From a virus (Duplodnaviria; Caudoviricetes), in IMG/VR virus record IMGVR_UViG_3300035492_000097, positions 1 through 37,459 of that record: DNA of 37,459 bases. One strand, 5' to 3'. Below the pieces are notes generated by a model. It searched no databases. It was not told the DNA's origin and saw only the letters and a list, made by a program, of their open reading frames with translations. Positions 24,985 to 35,285 of the stretch are shown in pieces. Position 1 is the stretch's first letter, and each line of letters opens with the position of its first letter. The translations under genes and the position numbers were made by a program.

Positions 24985-26887
24985 CGAGTGGGCGCGTGAA
25001 AATCGCATCATGCCGCCGACGTCCCCGATACCGGGGCCATTTAACCCTGATACAAACCCCTACATGATCCCCATCGTGTCTGCCTTTGCGAACCCCCAAT
25101 ACAACCGGGTGACGTTCGTGATGGGCACGCAGATGGGCAAGTCCGTCTCGATGGAGAATCTGGTCGGGTGGCGTCTCGATGACGACCCGACTCCGATCAT
25201 GTATGTGGCTCCGACCAGTAACCTGATTGATACCACGGTCGAGCCTAAGTTCATGGATATGTTCCAGCAGGCCGAAAGCCTGGCTCGCAAGTACGACTGG
25301 AACAGATCCACCAAGTACACCAAGTGGGTAGGCGGTACCAAGTTCCGCTTTGCCTGGGCCGGTTCGCCGACAGAGCTGGCCGCTGACTCCGCCGGCCTCG
25401 TGCTGGTTGATGAGGTCGACCGTATCGTGAACACCGGAGAAGGTGACACGACGGAAATCATCGAGGCGCGTGGCGACGCTTATGTCGACTCGAAGATTGG
25501 CTACACGGCCACACCGACACACGGCAAGGTCGAACGCACAGAACATCCGCGAACAGGGCTTACCCATTGGGCCAGGTCACACCGTGACGCACTGAGCTCC
25601 GCTATCTGGCGGCTCTGGCAATCGGGAACCCGGCACGAGTGGGCGGTTCCGTGTCCGCACTGCGGCCAGTATTTCATCCCGCACAGCGAGTTGCTGTGGT
25701 GGCCAGGCAAGGGCACCGAGGAAGAGTGCACGCCTGACCAGGCTGAAAAGAAGGCCATGCTCACCTGCCCACGCAACGGCTGCATGATTGAGGACAAATA
25801 TCGGGCCGCAATGAACAAGCGCGGCGTGCCGGTTGCTCCTGGCCAAACCGTGACGCCTGAAGGTGTCATCGAGGGCGAGGCCGATACGGCCGGCAGCTCC
25901 CACTTCTCGATGTGGGTGTCTGGCCTGTGTTCATTTGCTGCCAAGAAGTCCTACGGCTTCCTGGCGAAAAAGCTCGCTGCCGCGCTCCAGTCTGGAGACC
26001 CAGAAACCCTGCAGGGCGTTTATAACACCGGTTTTGGTGAGTGCTATGCGCTGACCGGCGAGGTGCCTGCGTGGGAAGAAGTGAAAGCCATGCGCTGGAG
26101 TTACAGCGCCGGCGAAGTGCTTCCTGGGGCTGAAAAGCTGATCTGCACCGTGGACGTCCAGAAAAACCGGCTGGTCTATGTCGTCCGAGCCTGGTTCCCG
26201 GGAATGGGTAGCCAGCTGGTCGAGTTCGGTGAGCTTTGGGGCGACACCGAAAAACCAGATGTCTGGGACGAACTGGGCGAGCTGCTCGACCGCGAGTGGT
26301 ATGGCATGGCCATCGATGCCATGGGGGTCGACTGCGGTTATCGAGACAACCAGGTTTACCAGTTCGTGCGAGAGCACCGCACCAGAGCTCGCGCCTTGCG
26401 TGGCTTTGAGCGACTGCCCAAGCCGTACCGAAAAACCGCCATCGATGTCGATAGCCGAGGCAAGACTCGCAAGCGAGGTGATGCCCGTTGGGACTTCGAC
26501 ACCGGCCTGGCGAAAGCCTGGGTGCATAGCCGTATCGGCTGGCCAGAGACCCGTCCGGGCTTCTGGCTTCTGCCTATCGACGTCTCCGAAGACTACTGCC
26601 GGCAAATCGTGGGTGAAGAGTTCAACCACCGCACCGGAAAGTGGGACAAGGTAGGCGAGAACCACTTCCTGGACTGTGAGGCGATGAACTACATGCTCGC
26701 GTGCATGTTGCGACTCAATCGCCGCAAAGGGGATGCCATGACGCTGAAAGATATCAAGAAACAGGGTGAGCCTGCTGCAGATGAGCAACAGGAGGAAGCG
26801 ACCGAACATTCGCAGCCTGACGCACCAAAGGAGCAAGCGCCGGCCGGAGGTCGACGCTTCAAGGTTAAACGGAAACCAAGACGATGA
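24944..26887 (+). CDS. terL: Terminase large subunit (lambda gpA-like)
   Basis: PPPRTADEWA, GTQMGKS Walker A, VLVDEVD Walker B, NHFLDCE; start estimated. Confidence 0.93.
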   Translation: MAEMVKAPPPRTADEWARENRIMPPTSPIPGPFNPDTNPYMIPIVSAFANPQYNRVTFVMGTQMGKSVSMENLVGWRLDDDPTPIMYVAPTSNLIDTTVEPKFMDMFQQAESLARKYDWNRSTKYTKWVGGTKFRFAWAGSPTELAADSAGLVLVDEVDRIVNTGEGDTTEIIEARGDAYVDSKIGYTATPTHGKVERTEHPRTGLTHWARSHRDALSSAIWRLWQSGTRHEWAVPCPHCGQYFIPHSELLWWPGKGTEEECTPDQAEKKAMLTCPRNGCMIEDKYRAAMNKRGVPVAPGQTVTPEGVIEGEADTAGSSHFSMWVSGLCSFAAKKSYGFLAKKLAAALQSGDPETLQGVYNTGFGECYALTGEVPAWEEVKAMRWSYSAGEVLPGAEKLICTVDVQKNRLVYVVRAWFPGMGSQLVEFGELWGDTEKPDVWDELGELLDREWYGMAIDAMGVDCGYRDNQVYQFVREHRTRARALRGFERLPKPYRKTAIDVDSRGKTRKRGDARWDFDTGLAKAWVHSRIGWPETRPGFWLLPIDVSEDYCRQIVGEEFNHRTGKWDKVGENHFLDCEAMNYMLACMLRLNRRKGDAMTLKDIKKQGEPAADEQQEEATEHSQPDAPKEQAPAGGRRFKVKRKPRR

Positions 26888-27414
26888 GTGAGCCGATAAA
26901 ACTGCAAGCCGGTGACAGCATTACCTGGTCGCGTGAGGCGCCAGGTTATCCGGCCGAGGACGGCTGGTCATTGCACTACGCACTGCGCGGCCCTGCCCCG
27001 ATTGACCTGAGCACAACCGGAGACGGCACTGTGTACCAGGTATCGGTCAGCGCCGCTGACTCTGCCAAATGGTCAGCAGGTGACTACGTGTTCAGCTGCT
27101 TTGTGGTGAAGGGTGACGACCGGCAGACGCTGGGCACCGGACGCCTGACCATCTTGCCGGATCTTGCTGCTACGAACCCAGTGGACGCCCGTTCCCATGC
27201 CAAGCGCATGCTGGATGCTATCGAGGCGACCCTGGAAAAGCGAGCAACCAGAGACCAGCAGTACTATGAAATCGAGGGTCGACGCCTTGACAGAATCCCT
27301 ATCCCGGAGCTGTTGAAGTTGCGCGACCGTTACCGACGTGAACATCAACGAGAGCTGGAGCAGGCCGGATTGCGGCCGCGCCGGCAATCGTTCATCCGAG
27401 TGAGTCTTAGCTGA
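26884..27414 (+). CDS. Head-tail joining protein (gpW-like C-terminus)
   Basis: YEIEGRRLDRIPIPELLKLRDRY; between terL and portal. Confidence 0.7.
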   Translation: MSEPIKLQAGDSITWSREAPGYPAEDGWSLHYALRGPAPIDLSTTGDGTVYQVSVSAADSAKWSAGDYVFSCFVVKGDDRQTLGTGRLTILPDLAATNPVDARSHAKRMLDAIEATLEKRATRDQQYYEIEGRRLDRIPIPELLKLRDRYRREHQRELEQAGLRPRRQSFIRVSLS

Positions 27415-28931
27415 TGAAGAGAGCCGAGAAGAAGCCGAGTCTCGCGCAGCGCATGGTCAACTGGGCCTGGTATCGCTACGTGGAGCCGCAGAAAAATGCG
27501 GCCCGAGCCTTTGAGGCAGCTCGGCGTGATCGTCTCGGCAAAGCCTGGCTACGCCGGGCCAGCCGCCTCAGCGCGGACGAGGAAATCTACGCCGACCTGG
27601 CATCGCTGGTACAGCGTGCTCGGGAACAGAGCATTAACAACCCATACGCCAAGCGGTTCTACCAGCTGCTGAAGAACAATATCATCGGCCCCAAGGGGAT
27701 GACGTTTCAGAGCAGGGTTAAGCGCCGCAACGGTAAGCCTGACGACCGGGCCAATACCCTCATCGAGGGAAACTGGCAGCAATGGATCAAGAAGGGCAAC
27801 TGCGACGTCACTGGTCGCTATCACTTTGTCACCCTCCTGCACTTATGGATGGAGACTCTGGCCAGAGACGGGGAGGTCTTGGTGCGTGAGCACCGTGGCT
27901 ATCCGAACAAGTGGGGCTACGCGCTGCAGATACTGGAGTGTGATCGCCTTGACCTGAACTACAACGCCGACCTGCAGAATGGCAACCGCATCCGGATGAG
28001 TGTCGAGCTCGATGCCTGGGAGCGGCCAGTGGCTTATCACTTATTGGTAAACCATCCAGGTGACAACAGTTACTGCTACCACTACGCGGGTCAGACCTAT
28101 GAGCGCGTGCCGGCGGATGAAATCATCCATACATTTGTGCCGTGGCGGCCCCATCAAAACCGGGGCATACCATGGACGCATGCCTCCATGGTTGAGCTGC
28201 ACCACATTGGCGAGTACCGCAAGAGCGAGATGATAGCCGCCGAGCTGGGCGCCAAAAAGGTCGGGTTCTATGAGCAGGATCCGGAAGCCTACGACCAGCC
28301 GCCTGAAGATGACCAGGGCGAAATTGTCGAGGAGGTGGAGGCAGGTACCTACCAGCTGCTGCCCTACGGCATCCGGTTCAAAGAGCACAAGATTGACCAC
28401 CCGCACACCAACTTCGGGGCGTTCGTTAAGTCGTCGCTGCGAGGTGTTGCTGCAGGTATGGGGCCAGCGTACAACCGGTTGGCCCATGACCTCGAGGGCG
28501 TCAATTTCAGCTCGTTGCGCTCAGGTGAGCTGGATGAGCGCGACCTGTACAAGCTGCTGCAGTTCTTTGTTGTCACTGAGCTGCTGGAGCGTGTCGCCGG
28601 CAACCTTATCTCGATGAGCCTGCTGACGCAGGCGCTGCCGCTGAACATGGTCGACATCGACCGCCTGAGCCAGTACGCCTTCCAGCCTCGCGGCTGGGAC
28701 TGGGTAGACCCGGCCAAGGACAGCAAGGCGCACAGCGAGTCCATCAAGAACCGAACCCGCTCGCGGTCTTCGATTATTCGTGCTGCTGGGGATGACCCAG
28801 AGGACGTATTCGACGAGATCGCCTGGGAAGAGCAATTAATGAGGGATAAGGGTGTGAACCCGACACCTCCAGAACAGGAAAGCAAAGATGCCACAACCGA
28901 CGAAGAAGACGACAGTGCTTCGGACGATTGA
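27414..28931 (+). CDS. Portal protein (lambda family)
   Basis: DGEVLV, QNRGIPW, VNFSSLR, WDWVDPAKD motifs. Confidence 0.93.
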   Translation: MKRAEKKPSLAQRMVNWAWYRYVEPQKNAARAFEAARRDRLGKAWLRRASRLSADEEIYADLASLVQRAREQSINNPYAKRFYQLLKNNIIGPKGMTFQSRVKRRNGKPDDRANTLIEGNWQQWIKKGNCDVTGRYHFVTLLHLWMETLARDGEVLVREHRGYPNKWGYALQILECDRLDLNYNADLQNGNRIRMSVELDAWERPVAYHLLVNHPGDNSYCYHYAGQTYERVPADEIIHTFVPWRPHQNRGIPWTHASMVELHHIGEYRKSEMIAAELGAKKVGFYEQDPEAYDQPPEDDQGEIVEEVEAGTYQLLPYGIRFKEHKIDHPHTNFGAFVKSSLRGVAAGMGPAYNRLAHDLEGVNFSSLRSGELDERDLYKLLQFFVVTELLERVAGNLISMSLLTQALPLNMVDIDRLSQYAFQPRGWDWVDPAKDSKAHSESIKNRTRSRSSIIRAAGDDPEDVFDEIAWEEQLMRDKGVNPTPPEQESKDATTDEEDDSASDD

Positions 28932-30786
28932 GGGCCGGGAGCTGCAGCGTGAGCTGCGCGTACTGAGCGACTCGATTGACCAGGAAGCCCGTACCGTCGA
29001 GCTGGCCGCTTCCAGTGAGTACCCCGTTCCGCGCTGGTTCGGCCGAGAAATCCTCGACCATTCACCTGGTGCGATTCGGATGGGGCGGCTCAAGAACGGC
29101 GCCCCGCTGCTCGATTCGCATAGCCTGCGCGAGCAAATCGGTGTCGTCGAGGAAGTCTGGCTCGATGATGACCGCCGCCTGCGTGCCAGGGTGCGGTTCT
29201 CCCGCTCGGCAAAAGCCGAGGAGCTCTGGCAAGACGTCCTGGACGGCATTCGCCGTCACATTTCAATCGGCTACATCATCCACGAGATGGTGCTCGAGTC
29301 GAGTGGAGACCAGGGCGACACCTACCGCGTTATGGACTGGGAGCCATACGAAATCAGTTTAATCTCTGTCCCTGCTGACCCGACTGTCGGCGTGGGGCGT
29401 TCTATCGACATTGGCAACATTACTATCAGAGGTGCAGAAATGCCTGATAAAGATAAGCAGACCCAAACCGCCGGCAGTCAACAGACTGAAACCAGAGGCG
29501 CCGAGACTGGCGCTAAGAACCCGGCACCTGCGGCAAGCGGCGCAAACGAAAACGACATCCTTTCTCGCGAGCGCACCCGTATTTCAGAAATCACTGCCAT
29601 CGGCCAGCAGTTCAGCCAGCGCAGCTTGGCTCAGGAAGCTATCCAGAAGGGCCACACGGTTGACCAGTTCCGTGCTTTGGTGCTGGAACGCATGAACCCA
29701 GGCCAGCCTGGCAACTTCGAGAAACCCGGTGCAGGTGATCTTCCTGGCAAGCCGGCCATCCACTCAGCGCGTGACCTGGGCATCCAGCACAAGGAGCTGC
29801 AGCAATACTCGCTGATGCGTGCTATCAACGCGGCCGCCACTGGCGACTGGTCGAAGGCCGGCTTCGAGCGTGAAGTGTCTCTGGCCATTGCTGACGCAAG
29901 CGGCAAAGAGGCGCGTGGCTTCTACATGCCGCACGAAGTGCTTGTGCAGCGTCAGCTTGAGAAGAAAACCGCCGGCAAGGGTGGCGAGCTGGTAGCGACT
30001 GAGCTGCTGTCTGAAGAGTTCATCGACATCCTTCGCAACAAGGCGATCATCGGTCAGATGGGCGCTCGTATGTTGCCGGGTCTGGTTGGTGACGTGGATA
30101 TTCCGAAGAAAACCAGCGGCGCCAACTTCTACTGGATTGGTGAAGATGAAGACGTTCAAGACAGCGACTTCGACTTCACCACTCTGAGCTTTTCGCCGAA
30201 GACTATCGCCGGCGCGGTGCCTGTGACTCGTAAGCTGCGCAAGCAGTCCAGCATCCACGTGGAAAACCTCATCCGTGAAGACCTGATCGAAGGCATCGGT
30301 GTGGCTCTCGACCTGGCAATGCTGACCGGTACCGGTCTGTCTAACGACCCAGTCGGCCTGCTGAACATGACCGGCGTGCCTGCGCTGACGTATCCGGCGG
30401 GTGGTGTTGACTGGGCCAGTGTGGTTGACATGGAGACCAAGATCTCCACCTTTAACGCCGACGCCGGCCGCCTGGCATACCTGACCAGCGTTACCCAGCG
30501 CGGTGCTGCGAAGAAAGCTCAGGTGTTCGATAACACTGGCGAGCGCATCTGGCAGAACAACGAGGTCAACGGCTACCGCGCCGAAGCCTCTAACCAGATT
30601 CCGGCCGACACCTGGATCTTCGGTGACTGGTCGCAAATCGTGATCGCCATGTGGGGCGTGCTCGACCTGAAGGTTGACCCTTACACCAAGGCGGCCAGCG
30701 ACGGTCTGGTTCTGCGTGTGTTCCAGGACGTGGACGCAGGCGTTCGCCGCAAAGAGGCGTTCTGTATCGCCAAGAAAGGCGCCTAA
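28888..30786 (+). CDS. Prohead protease-major capsid protein fusion
   Basis: N-terminal protease (PLLDSH, ISIGY, EISLISVPAD), then linker and HK97-fold capsid (FGDWSQ). Confidence 0.92.
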   Translation: MPQPTKKTTVLRTIEGRELQRELRVLSDSIDQEARTVELAASSEYPVPRWFGREILDHSPGAIRMGRLKNGAPLLDSHSLREQIGVVEEVWLDDDRRLRARVRFSRSAKAEELWQDVLDGIRRHISIGYIIHEMVLESSGDQGDTYRVMDWEPYEISLISVPADPTVGVGRSIDIGNITIRGAEMPDKDKQTQTAGSQQTETRGAETGAKNPAPAASGANENDILSRERTRISEITAIGQQFSQRSLAQEAIQKGHTVDQFRALVLERMNPGQPGNFEKPGAGDLPGKPAIHSARDLGIQHKELQQYSLMRAINAAATGDWSKAGFEREVSLAIADASGKEARGFYMPHEVLVQRQLEKKTAGKGGELVATELLSEEFIDILRNKAIIGQMGARMLPGLVGDVDIPKKTSGANFYWIGEDEDVQDSDFDFTTLSFSPKTIAGAVPVTRKLRKQSSIHVENLIREDLIEGIGVALDLAMLTGTGLSNDPVGLLNMTGVPALTYPAGGVDWASVVDMETKISTFNADAGRLAYLTSVTQRGAAKKAQVFDNTGERIWQNNEVNGYRAEASNQIPADTWIFGDWSQIVIAMWGVLDLKVDPYTKAASDGLVLRVFQDVDAGVRRKEAFCIAKKGA

Positions 30787-30806
30787 TCAGTTAGGCATAG
30801 CGTTTT

Positions 30807-30831
30807 AGGGGCTTCGGCCCCTTTCTTTTTT
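30807..30831 (+). terminator. Intrinsic terminator after the capsid gene
   Basis: AGGGGC-TTCG-GCCCCT plus T-run. Confidence 0.85.
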
Positions 30832-30848
30832 GCAGAGGGAATCAGCCC

Positions 30849-31013
30849 ATGAATGAAGTGAAAGTAAAAGCCGTTGTCGCGTTCTGGGCGGCCGGCAAGC
30901 TGGTGAAGGAAGGCGCAACCGTCACCGTCACCAAGCGCGAAGCCAAGGAGCTCGTCGGCTCTGGTGTCGCCGCCTACGTCGAAGACAAAAAGGCAGCTGA
31001 TAAGGCCGAGTAA
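30849..31013 (+). CDS. Small 54-aa virion-module protein (missed by the ORF track)
   Basis: MNEVKVKAVVAFWAAGKLVKEGATVTVTKREAKELVGSGVAAYVEDKKAADKAE; TAATG coupling to the next gene. Confidence 0.8.
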   Translation: MNEVKVKAVVAFWAAGKLVKEGATVTVTKREAKELVGSGVAAYVEDKKAADKAE

Positions 31014-31375
31014 TGATTGGTGACGACGACTTCGACACCTTTTACGACCCGGACGACTTCGGTACCGAGGCCAGACTGATAGGCGACGACGAGCGTACTG
31101 TGTGTGGCCTGCTGCTCAAGGGTGGCAAGTTTAACAAGCTGTGGCGAGAGCCTGGTGGCAAAGGAGGCATTAAAGCCCAGCCGACCAGTCTCCGCTTCCA
31201 GCTTCCCTCGATGCAGGTGCCAGTCGATTACCAGGACTACGTGCTTCGCGTAGAGGGTGCCGACTACAGCATCACGGACGTCGAGCCAGCTGGCTCTGGT
31301 CGTTCCGAGTTAATCCTGGTGCCGTTCAAGCAACGAGGGCAGCAGCATGGCTCATGGCTTCGAGATGAAAATTGA
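31013..31375 (+). CDS. Putative head closure protein (lambda FII-like)
   Basis: Synteny; FYDPDDFG...YSITDVEP.GSG. Confidence 0.6.
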   Translation: MIGDDDFDTFYDPDDFGTEARLIGDDERTVCGLLLKGGKFNKLWREPGGKGGIKAQPTSLRFQLPSMQVPVDYQDYVLRVEGADYSITDVEPAGSGRSELILVPFKQRGQQHGSWLRDEN

Positions 31376-31880
31376 CGTCTCTCGAGAGGCGGAAGATATA
31401 GCGGCCATGGTGGCCGCTACTACTAAGCAGCTGGAGCTTGCAGCCCAGAGGGCGATGACCAAGGCCGGCCAATGGCTTCGGACGCATTCCGTTCGTGAGC
31501 TCGGCCAGCAGCTTGGCATCAAGCAAGAGCCGCTGAAAAAACGCTTTCGCGTGTACCCGCAGCGCCAAAAGGGTGAGGTGCGGTTCTGGGTGGGTTTGGA
31601 TCCTATAGGGGTCTACCGGCTCGGCACGCCGAAGGTGACGCAGAAGGGTGTGAAGGTAAACCGCAACGAGTACGACGGTGCGTTTATCAGCCCCATGAAA
31701 AGCAATTATCCCCTGGTGTTCAAGCGCCGCGGTAAAGAGCGCCTCCCTATTGATCTGGTCGACGAGGATATCGACGAGCCAGCCATGGAGGTGGTTGAGC
31801 GGTGGGAGCGTCGGGTTTTCCAGCGTTTTAAAGAGCTGTTCGAGCAAGAAGCGAGGGCAATTATCAATGGTCACGCTTAA
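31347..31880 (+). CDS. Neck / minor tail protein (lambda Z-like)
   Basis: Basic protein; AFI....VFKRRGKERLPI motif. Confidence 0.7.
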   Translation: MAHGFEMKIDVSREAEDIAAMVAATTKQLELAAQRAMTKAGQWLRTHSVRELGQQLGIKQEPLKKRFRVYPQRQKGEVRFWVGLDPIGVYRLGTPKVTQKGVKVNRNEYDGAFISPMKSNYPLVFKRRGKERLPIDLVDEDIDEPAMEVVERWERRVFQRFKELFEQEARAIINGHA

Positions 31881-32400
31881 ACAACCATCTGACCTATACG
31901 ACGCCATCCAGGCAGAGCTCGAGAGCCGCCTGGCTGATGAGGTGATAGTCGCCAGTTATGCCGACTTTGGTGATGTGCAGGTCGTAGACGCCATGGTCTT
32001 GATTGAGTTCGAGCAGACGTCGCCGGCCACTCGTGGCCACGATGGCCGTTATTGCCATCAATATGACATCACCCTGCATGCGGTCGTTGGCCGTCAGCGG
32101 CAGCGAGCAGAGCTCGAGGCCATTAACCTGGCTGCTGCGATTGAGCGGGTGACTGATGAGAATTTGTGGGGGCTGCCTTATCAGCAGGTCGACCGACCGG
32201 AGAATATCCGCTCGGCGCCCAGTATGTTCAAGGTCGGCTCTGATGGGTACGACGCCTGGGGCGTGAGTTTTCGCCAGCGCATCTACCTGGGTGCATCCCT
32301 GCTCGATGATGACCCTTTGGTTCGCGAGGTCTGGATGGTGACAACGCCGCCGGCTGATGCGGACGATGAGAGCCAGTACGAGAGGGTGCCTGATGCGTGA
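31867..32400 (+). CDS. Putative tail terminator/completion protein
   Basis: Acidic protein, synteny; start MVTLKQ at 31867. Confidence 0.6.
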   Translation: MVTLKQPSDLYDAIQAELESRLADEVIVASYADFGDVQVVDAMVLIEFEQTSPATRGHDGRYCHQYDITLHAVVGRQRQRAELEAINLAAAIERVTDENLWGLPYQQVDRPENIRSAPSMFKVGSDGYDAWGVSFRQRIYLGASLLDDDPLVREVWMVTTPPADADDESQYERVPDA

Positions 32401-33034
32401 TCTGATTCGTGAACTGATACGCGCCGAGCTGCAGGAGTACGGCGACACGATTGCCGAACTGACCGAGGAAATCGACGATCTGCAGCGCCGCTTGCGCAAC
32501 CAAATCCGTGTCGGCATCTGCAGTGCAGTGGATCCTGATAAAGCTCTGGTGAAGGTGAAGCACGGCGAAAACGAGACTCCATGGGTGAAGTGGTTCGCTC
32601 TGTATGCCGGCGAGGTGCAGGAGTACCGCTGTCCGTCGATTGGCGAGCAGTGTGTGCTGCTTAATTATGCGGCCGGCGACAACTCGTCGCAGTCGTTCGC
32701 TCTGTTCGGCTTGTTCAGCGACCAGTTCCCAGCACCAAGCACTGACCCGAAGGAAATCCTCCGCGTTTATCCGGACGGGACTCGCGTGTCCTACAACACC
32801 GAGAGCCATAAGCTGGCCGTCGCCATCGAGGGCGATGCTGATATCAAGGTGGCCAAGTCAGCCACGGTTGACGTCGGTACCAGCGCGACAGTGAAAGCCG
32901 GCGGTGTTGTTAAGGTCGACGGCGAGAAAATACAGCTCAATGGCGGGTCGCCATGCGTTACAACAGCGCACATCTGCCATTTTACTGGCAATCCGCACGG
33001 TGACGGCTCGTCCACAGTGACAGCAGGTAAATAA
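32393..33034 (+). CDS. Baseplate spike (P2 gpV-like)
   Basis: PSIGEQCVLL, YPDGT.VSYN, C-terminal CHFTGNPH. Confidence 0.9.
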   Translation: MRDLIRELIRAELQEYGDTIAELTEEIDDLQRRLRNQIRVGICSAVDPDKALVKVKHGENETPWVKWFALYAGEVQEYRCPSIGEQCVLLNYAAGDNSSQSFALFGLFSDQFPAPSTDPKEILRVYPDGTRVSYNTESHKLAVAIEGDADIKVAKSATVDVGTSATVKAGGVVKVDGEKIQLNGGSPCVTTAHICHFTGNPHGDGSSTVTAGK

Positions 33035-33035
33035 C

Positions 33036-33233
33036 ATGGCTATGGATTCCGGAGCCCTTGAGGGGCTCATAGTTGAGAAGCTCCAGGCGGCCGGATTCAA
33101 AACCTCGGGTCAGCACGCCCAGGTTACAGTGATTGCAAAGGCAATCGCCGAGGCCGTAGTCGAGCACATTACCTCGAGCGCCGAGGTGCCTGTTACAGGT
33201 GGCTCAAGCGCCGGGACTTACAAGGTGACGTGA
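33036..33233 (+). CDS. Small baseplate-region protein
   Basis: 65 aa, tightly packed in the operon. Confidence 0.7.
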   Translation: MAMDSGALEGLIVEKLQAAGFKTSGQHAQVTVIAKAIAEAVVEHITSSAEVPVTGGSSAGTYKVT

Positions 33234-33565
33234 TGATAGGAATCGACCGCAATACCGGTCGCACGCTCACTGGATGGGAGCAAATGATCTCCCGCGTACA
33301 GCAGGTGATGACGACCCGCATCGGCGGTCGAGAGAAGCGCCGCGGCTTTGGTAGCCGTGTTCCCGAGACTCTCGGCCGGAACATGAGCGACCAGCAGCTG
33401 ATACTGGCTCAGTCCTATGCCATCGATGCGTTTTACAACCCCATCAATGGGATTAGCGATTTTCAACCCACGCGCTGCATTGCCAGCCGCCACGATAGCG
33501 GCATCACTCTCAGGTTTGAGGGGGTATGGCAAGGGCAGCGCAGTACATTTGAGGTCACCGTCTGA
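33233..33565 (+). CDS. Baseplate protein (P2 gpW / gp25-like)
   Basis: MIGIDRNTG...TTRIGGREKRRGFGS. Confidence 0.88.
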   Translation: MIGIDRNTGRTLTGWEQMISRVQQVMTTRIGGREKRRGFGSRVPETLGRNMSDQQLILAQSYAIDAFYNPINGISDFQPTRCIASRHDSGITLRFEGVWQGQRSTFEVTV

Positions 33566-34557
33566 TGTTTATTCCTGGACAGAACCAACTGGCTAAGCCG
33601 GAGGTGGTCGCGGTACCGCCGTTCGAGCAGCAGTTGGCGAGATTCAAGCAGGCGGTGATTGACCACGTTGCCAAGAGCGACGCGGCCATGGCCGCCAAGG
33701 TCGAAGAGACCCTGCAGAACGAAGCCGAGCTGGCCACCAAGATGGTGGAAGCGTGCACGGTCGTGCTGCAAACCCGCATCCGTGAAGTGAATGAAGATGC
33801 GCTGCAGATGTTTGCCTACTGGGCCGAGGACAGCAACCTTGACGCTGTAGTCAGCAACCTGGGGCTGCGCCGTCAGGTGTTGGATGATGGCGATGCGAAT
33901 GCCTTCTCACCAGTACCTGCAACGCTTGAAAGCAACGAACACCTACGGCTGCGTTACTTCCTGGCGCCGTACAGTTTCAGTAATGCCGGGCCGCGCCTGG
34001 CGTACAAGTACCACGCCATGACCCTGGACGAACGTCCTACCGTGTCGGTCGATGCGCCAGAGCCGAACAAGGTCGTCGTGACCTATGAGTTCGGCGAGGG
34101 CAGCATGGCCGGCCAGGTGAAAGACGCAACCGGCCTGCGTACTGCACCCGGTGAAGTGAAGGTCACCGTGTTGGCCCGAGAGGGAAACGGCACGCCAAGC
34201 GACGAACTGGTTGATGCTGTGACCAGTTATTTCCAGCGTGACGATGTAGCTCCTGAGACCGACGAGATCACCGTGGCCAAGGCCATCATCTTGCCGTACC
34301 AAATCCGTGCCATCGCCTATATTAGCAAAGGCCCGGACACTCAGGTCACCAAGTCGGCCGCTGAGGCACTGCTGCAGCAGTATGCCGACGAGCAGCACCA
34401 CCTGGGCGCAACTATCGAGCCCAGTATGGTGTATCACGTATTGCACCAAGCCGGCGCCAAGAAGGTCGACCTGCTGGAGCCGCTGGCCGAACTGGCCTCG
34501 GGTCTGGATGAGGCGCCCTGGTGTCAGCTGATTGATATCGAGATCCGCACTTTATGA
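33565..34557 (+). CDS. Baseplate wedge protein (P2 gpJ-like)
   Basis: FSNAGP..AY.YHA, PGEVKVTVL motifs. Confidence 0.9.
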   Translation: MFIPGQNQLAKPEVVAVPPFEQQLARFKQAVIDHVAKSDAAMAAKVEETLQNEAELATKMVEACTVVLQTRIREVNEDALQMFAYWAEDSNLDAVVSNLGLRRQVLDDGDANAFSPVPATLESNEHLRLRYFLAPYSFSNAGPRLAYKYHAMTLDERPTVSVDAPEPNKVVVTYEFGEGSMAGQVKDATGLRTAPGEVKVTVLAREGNGTPSDELVDAVTSYFQRDDVAPETDEITVAKAIILPYQIRAIAYISKGPDTQVTKSAAEALLQQYADEQHHLGATIEPSMVYHVLHQAGAKKVDLLEPLAELASGLDEAPWCQLIDIEIRTL

Positions 34558-35285
34558 GTGAATACAGCCTGCTGCCAGACAACCGCAGCCCACTAGAGCG
34601 CGGTCTGGAGCTGGCGTTCACGCAGCTGCTGTATGAAAGCGAGAATCCATACCCGGCGCTGCTGAACCCGCGCCAGACCAAAAAGCCGCTGCTGCCATAC
34701 CTCGCGCAAGACCGAGGGGTTCCCGAGTGGGACTCGGCCGCACCGGAAAGCGAGCAGCGTCAGACCGTGGCCAATGCCTGGCCGGTTCGGCGTCTTGCCG
34801 GTACCCGCAAGGGGCTGATGTTGGCGATGGACTCTCTGGAGTACGACGCCGAGGTCACGCCCTGGTACCAGATGGCCCCAAGGGGGCAGCCGTACCACTT
34901 CGAGCTGGTTGCCTGGAAGCGACAGAACGCGCCCATCAACCAGGACGTCGTGCACCGCATGATTGCCCACATCGAAGACGCCAAGAGCGAGCGAGACAGC
35001 TATGAGTTGATCCTCGCCTTTGGTGTGGAGACGGGTCTTGCTTTGTCTTCGGTACCAGACCGGGGCATCACGATTTTCGATGAGTCCTACGAGGGCGACA
35101 TCGCTGGCTCGCCAACTGTGGCGGCCAACTTTCACGCCGCTGGAGCCTGTTACCAGGCTGTGGCGACGGACGACACCGCATCGGGTGTCCTTCCTGACAT
35201 AACCGCCTGCGGCGGCACAGTGTTCACTGGCGGGGCTTACCGGATGTATCTGTTCACTGACTTTGCACCGGGAGCCACAACATGA
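34554..35285 (+). CDS. Tail protein I (P2 gpI-like)
   Basis: SLLPDNRSPLE, LLPYLA..RGV.EWD. Confidence 0.88.
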   Translation: MSEYSLLPDNRSPLERGLELAFTQLLYESENPYPALLNPRQTKKPLLPYLAQDRGVPEWDSAAPESEQRQTVANAWPVRRLAGTRKGLMLAMDSLEYDAEVTPWYQMAPRGQPYHFELVAWKRQNAPINQDVVHRMIAHIEDAKSERDSYELILAFGVETGLALSSVPDRGITIFDESYEGDIAGSPTVAANFHAAGACYQAVATDDTASGVLPDITACGGTVFTGGAYRMYLFTDFAPGATT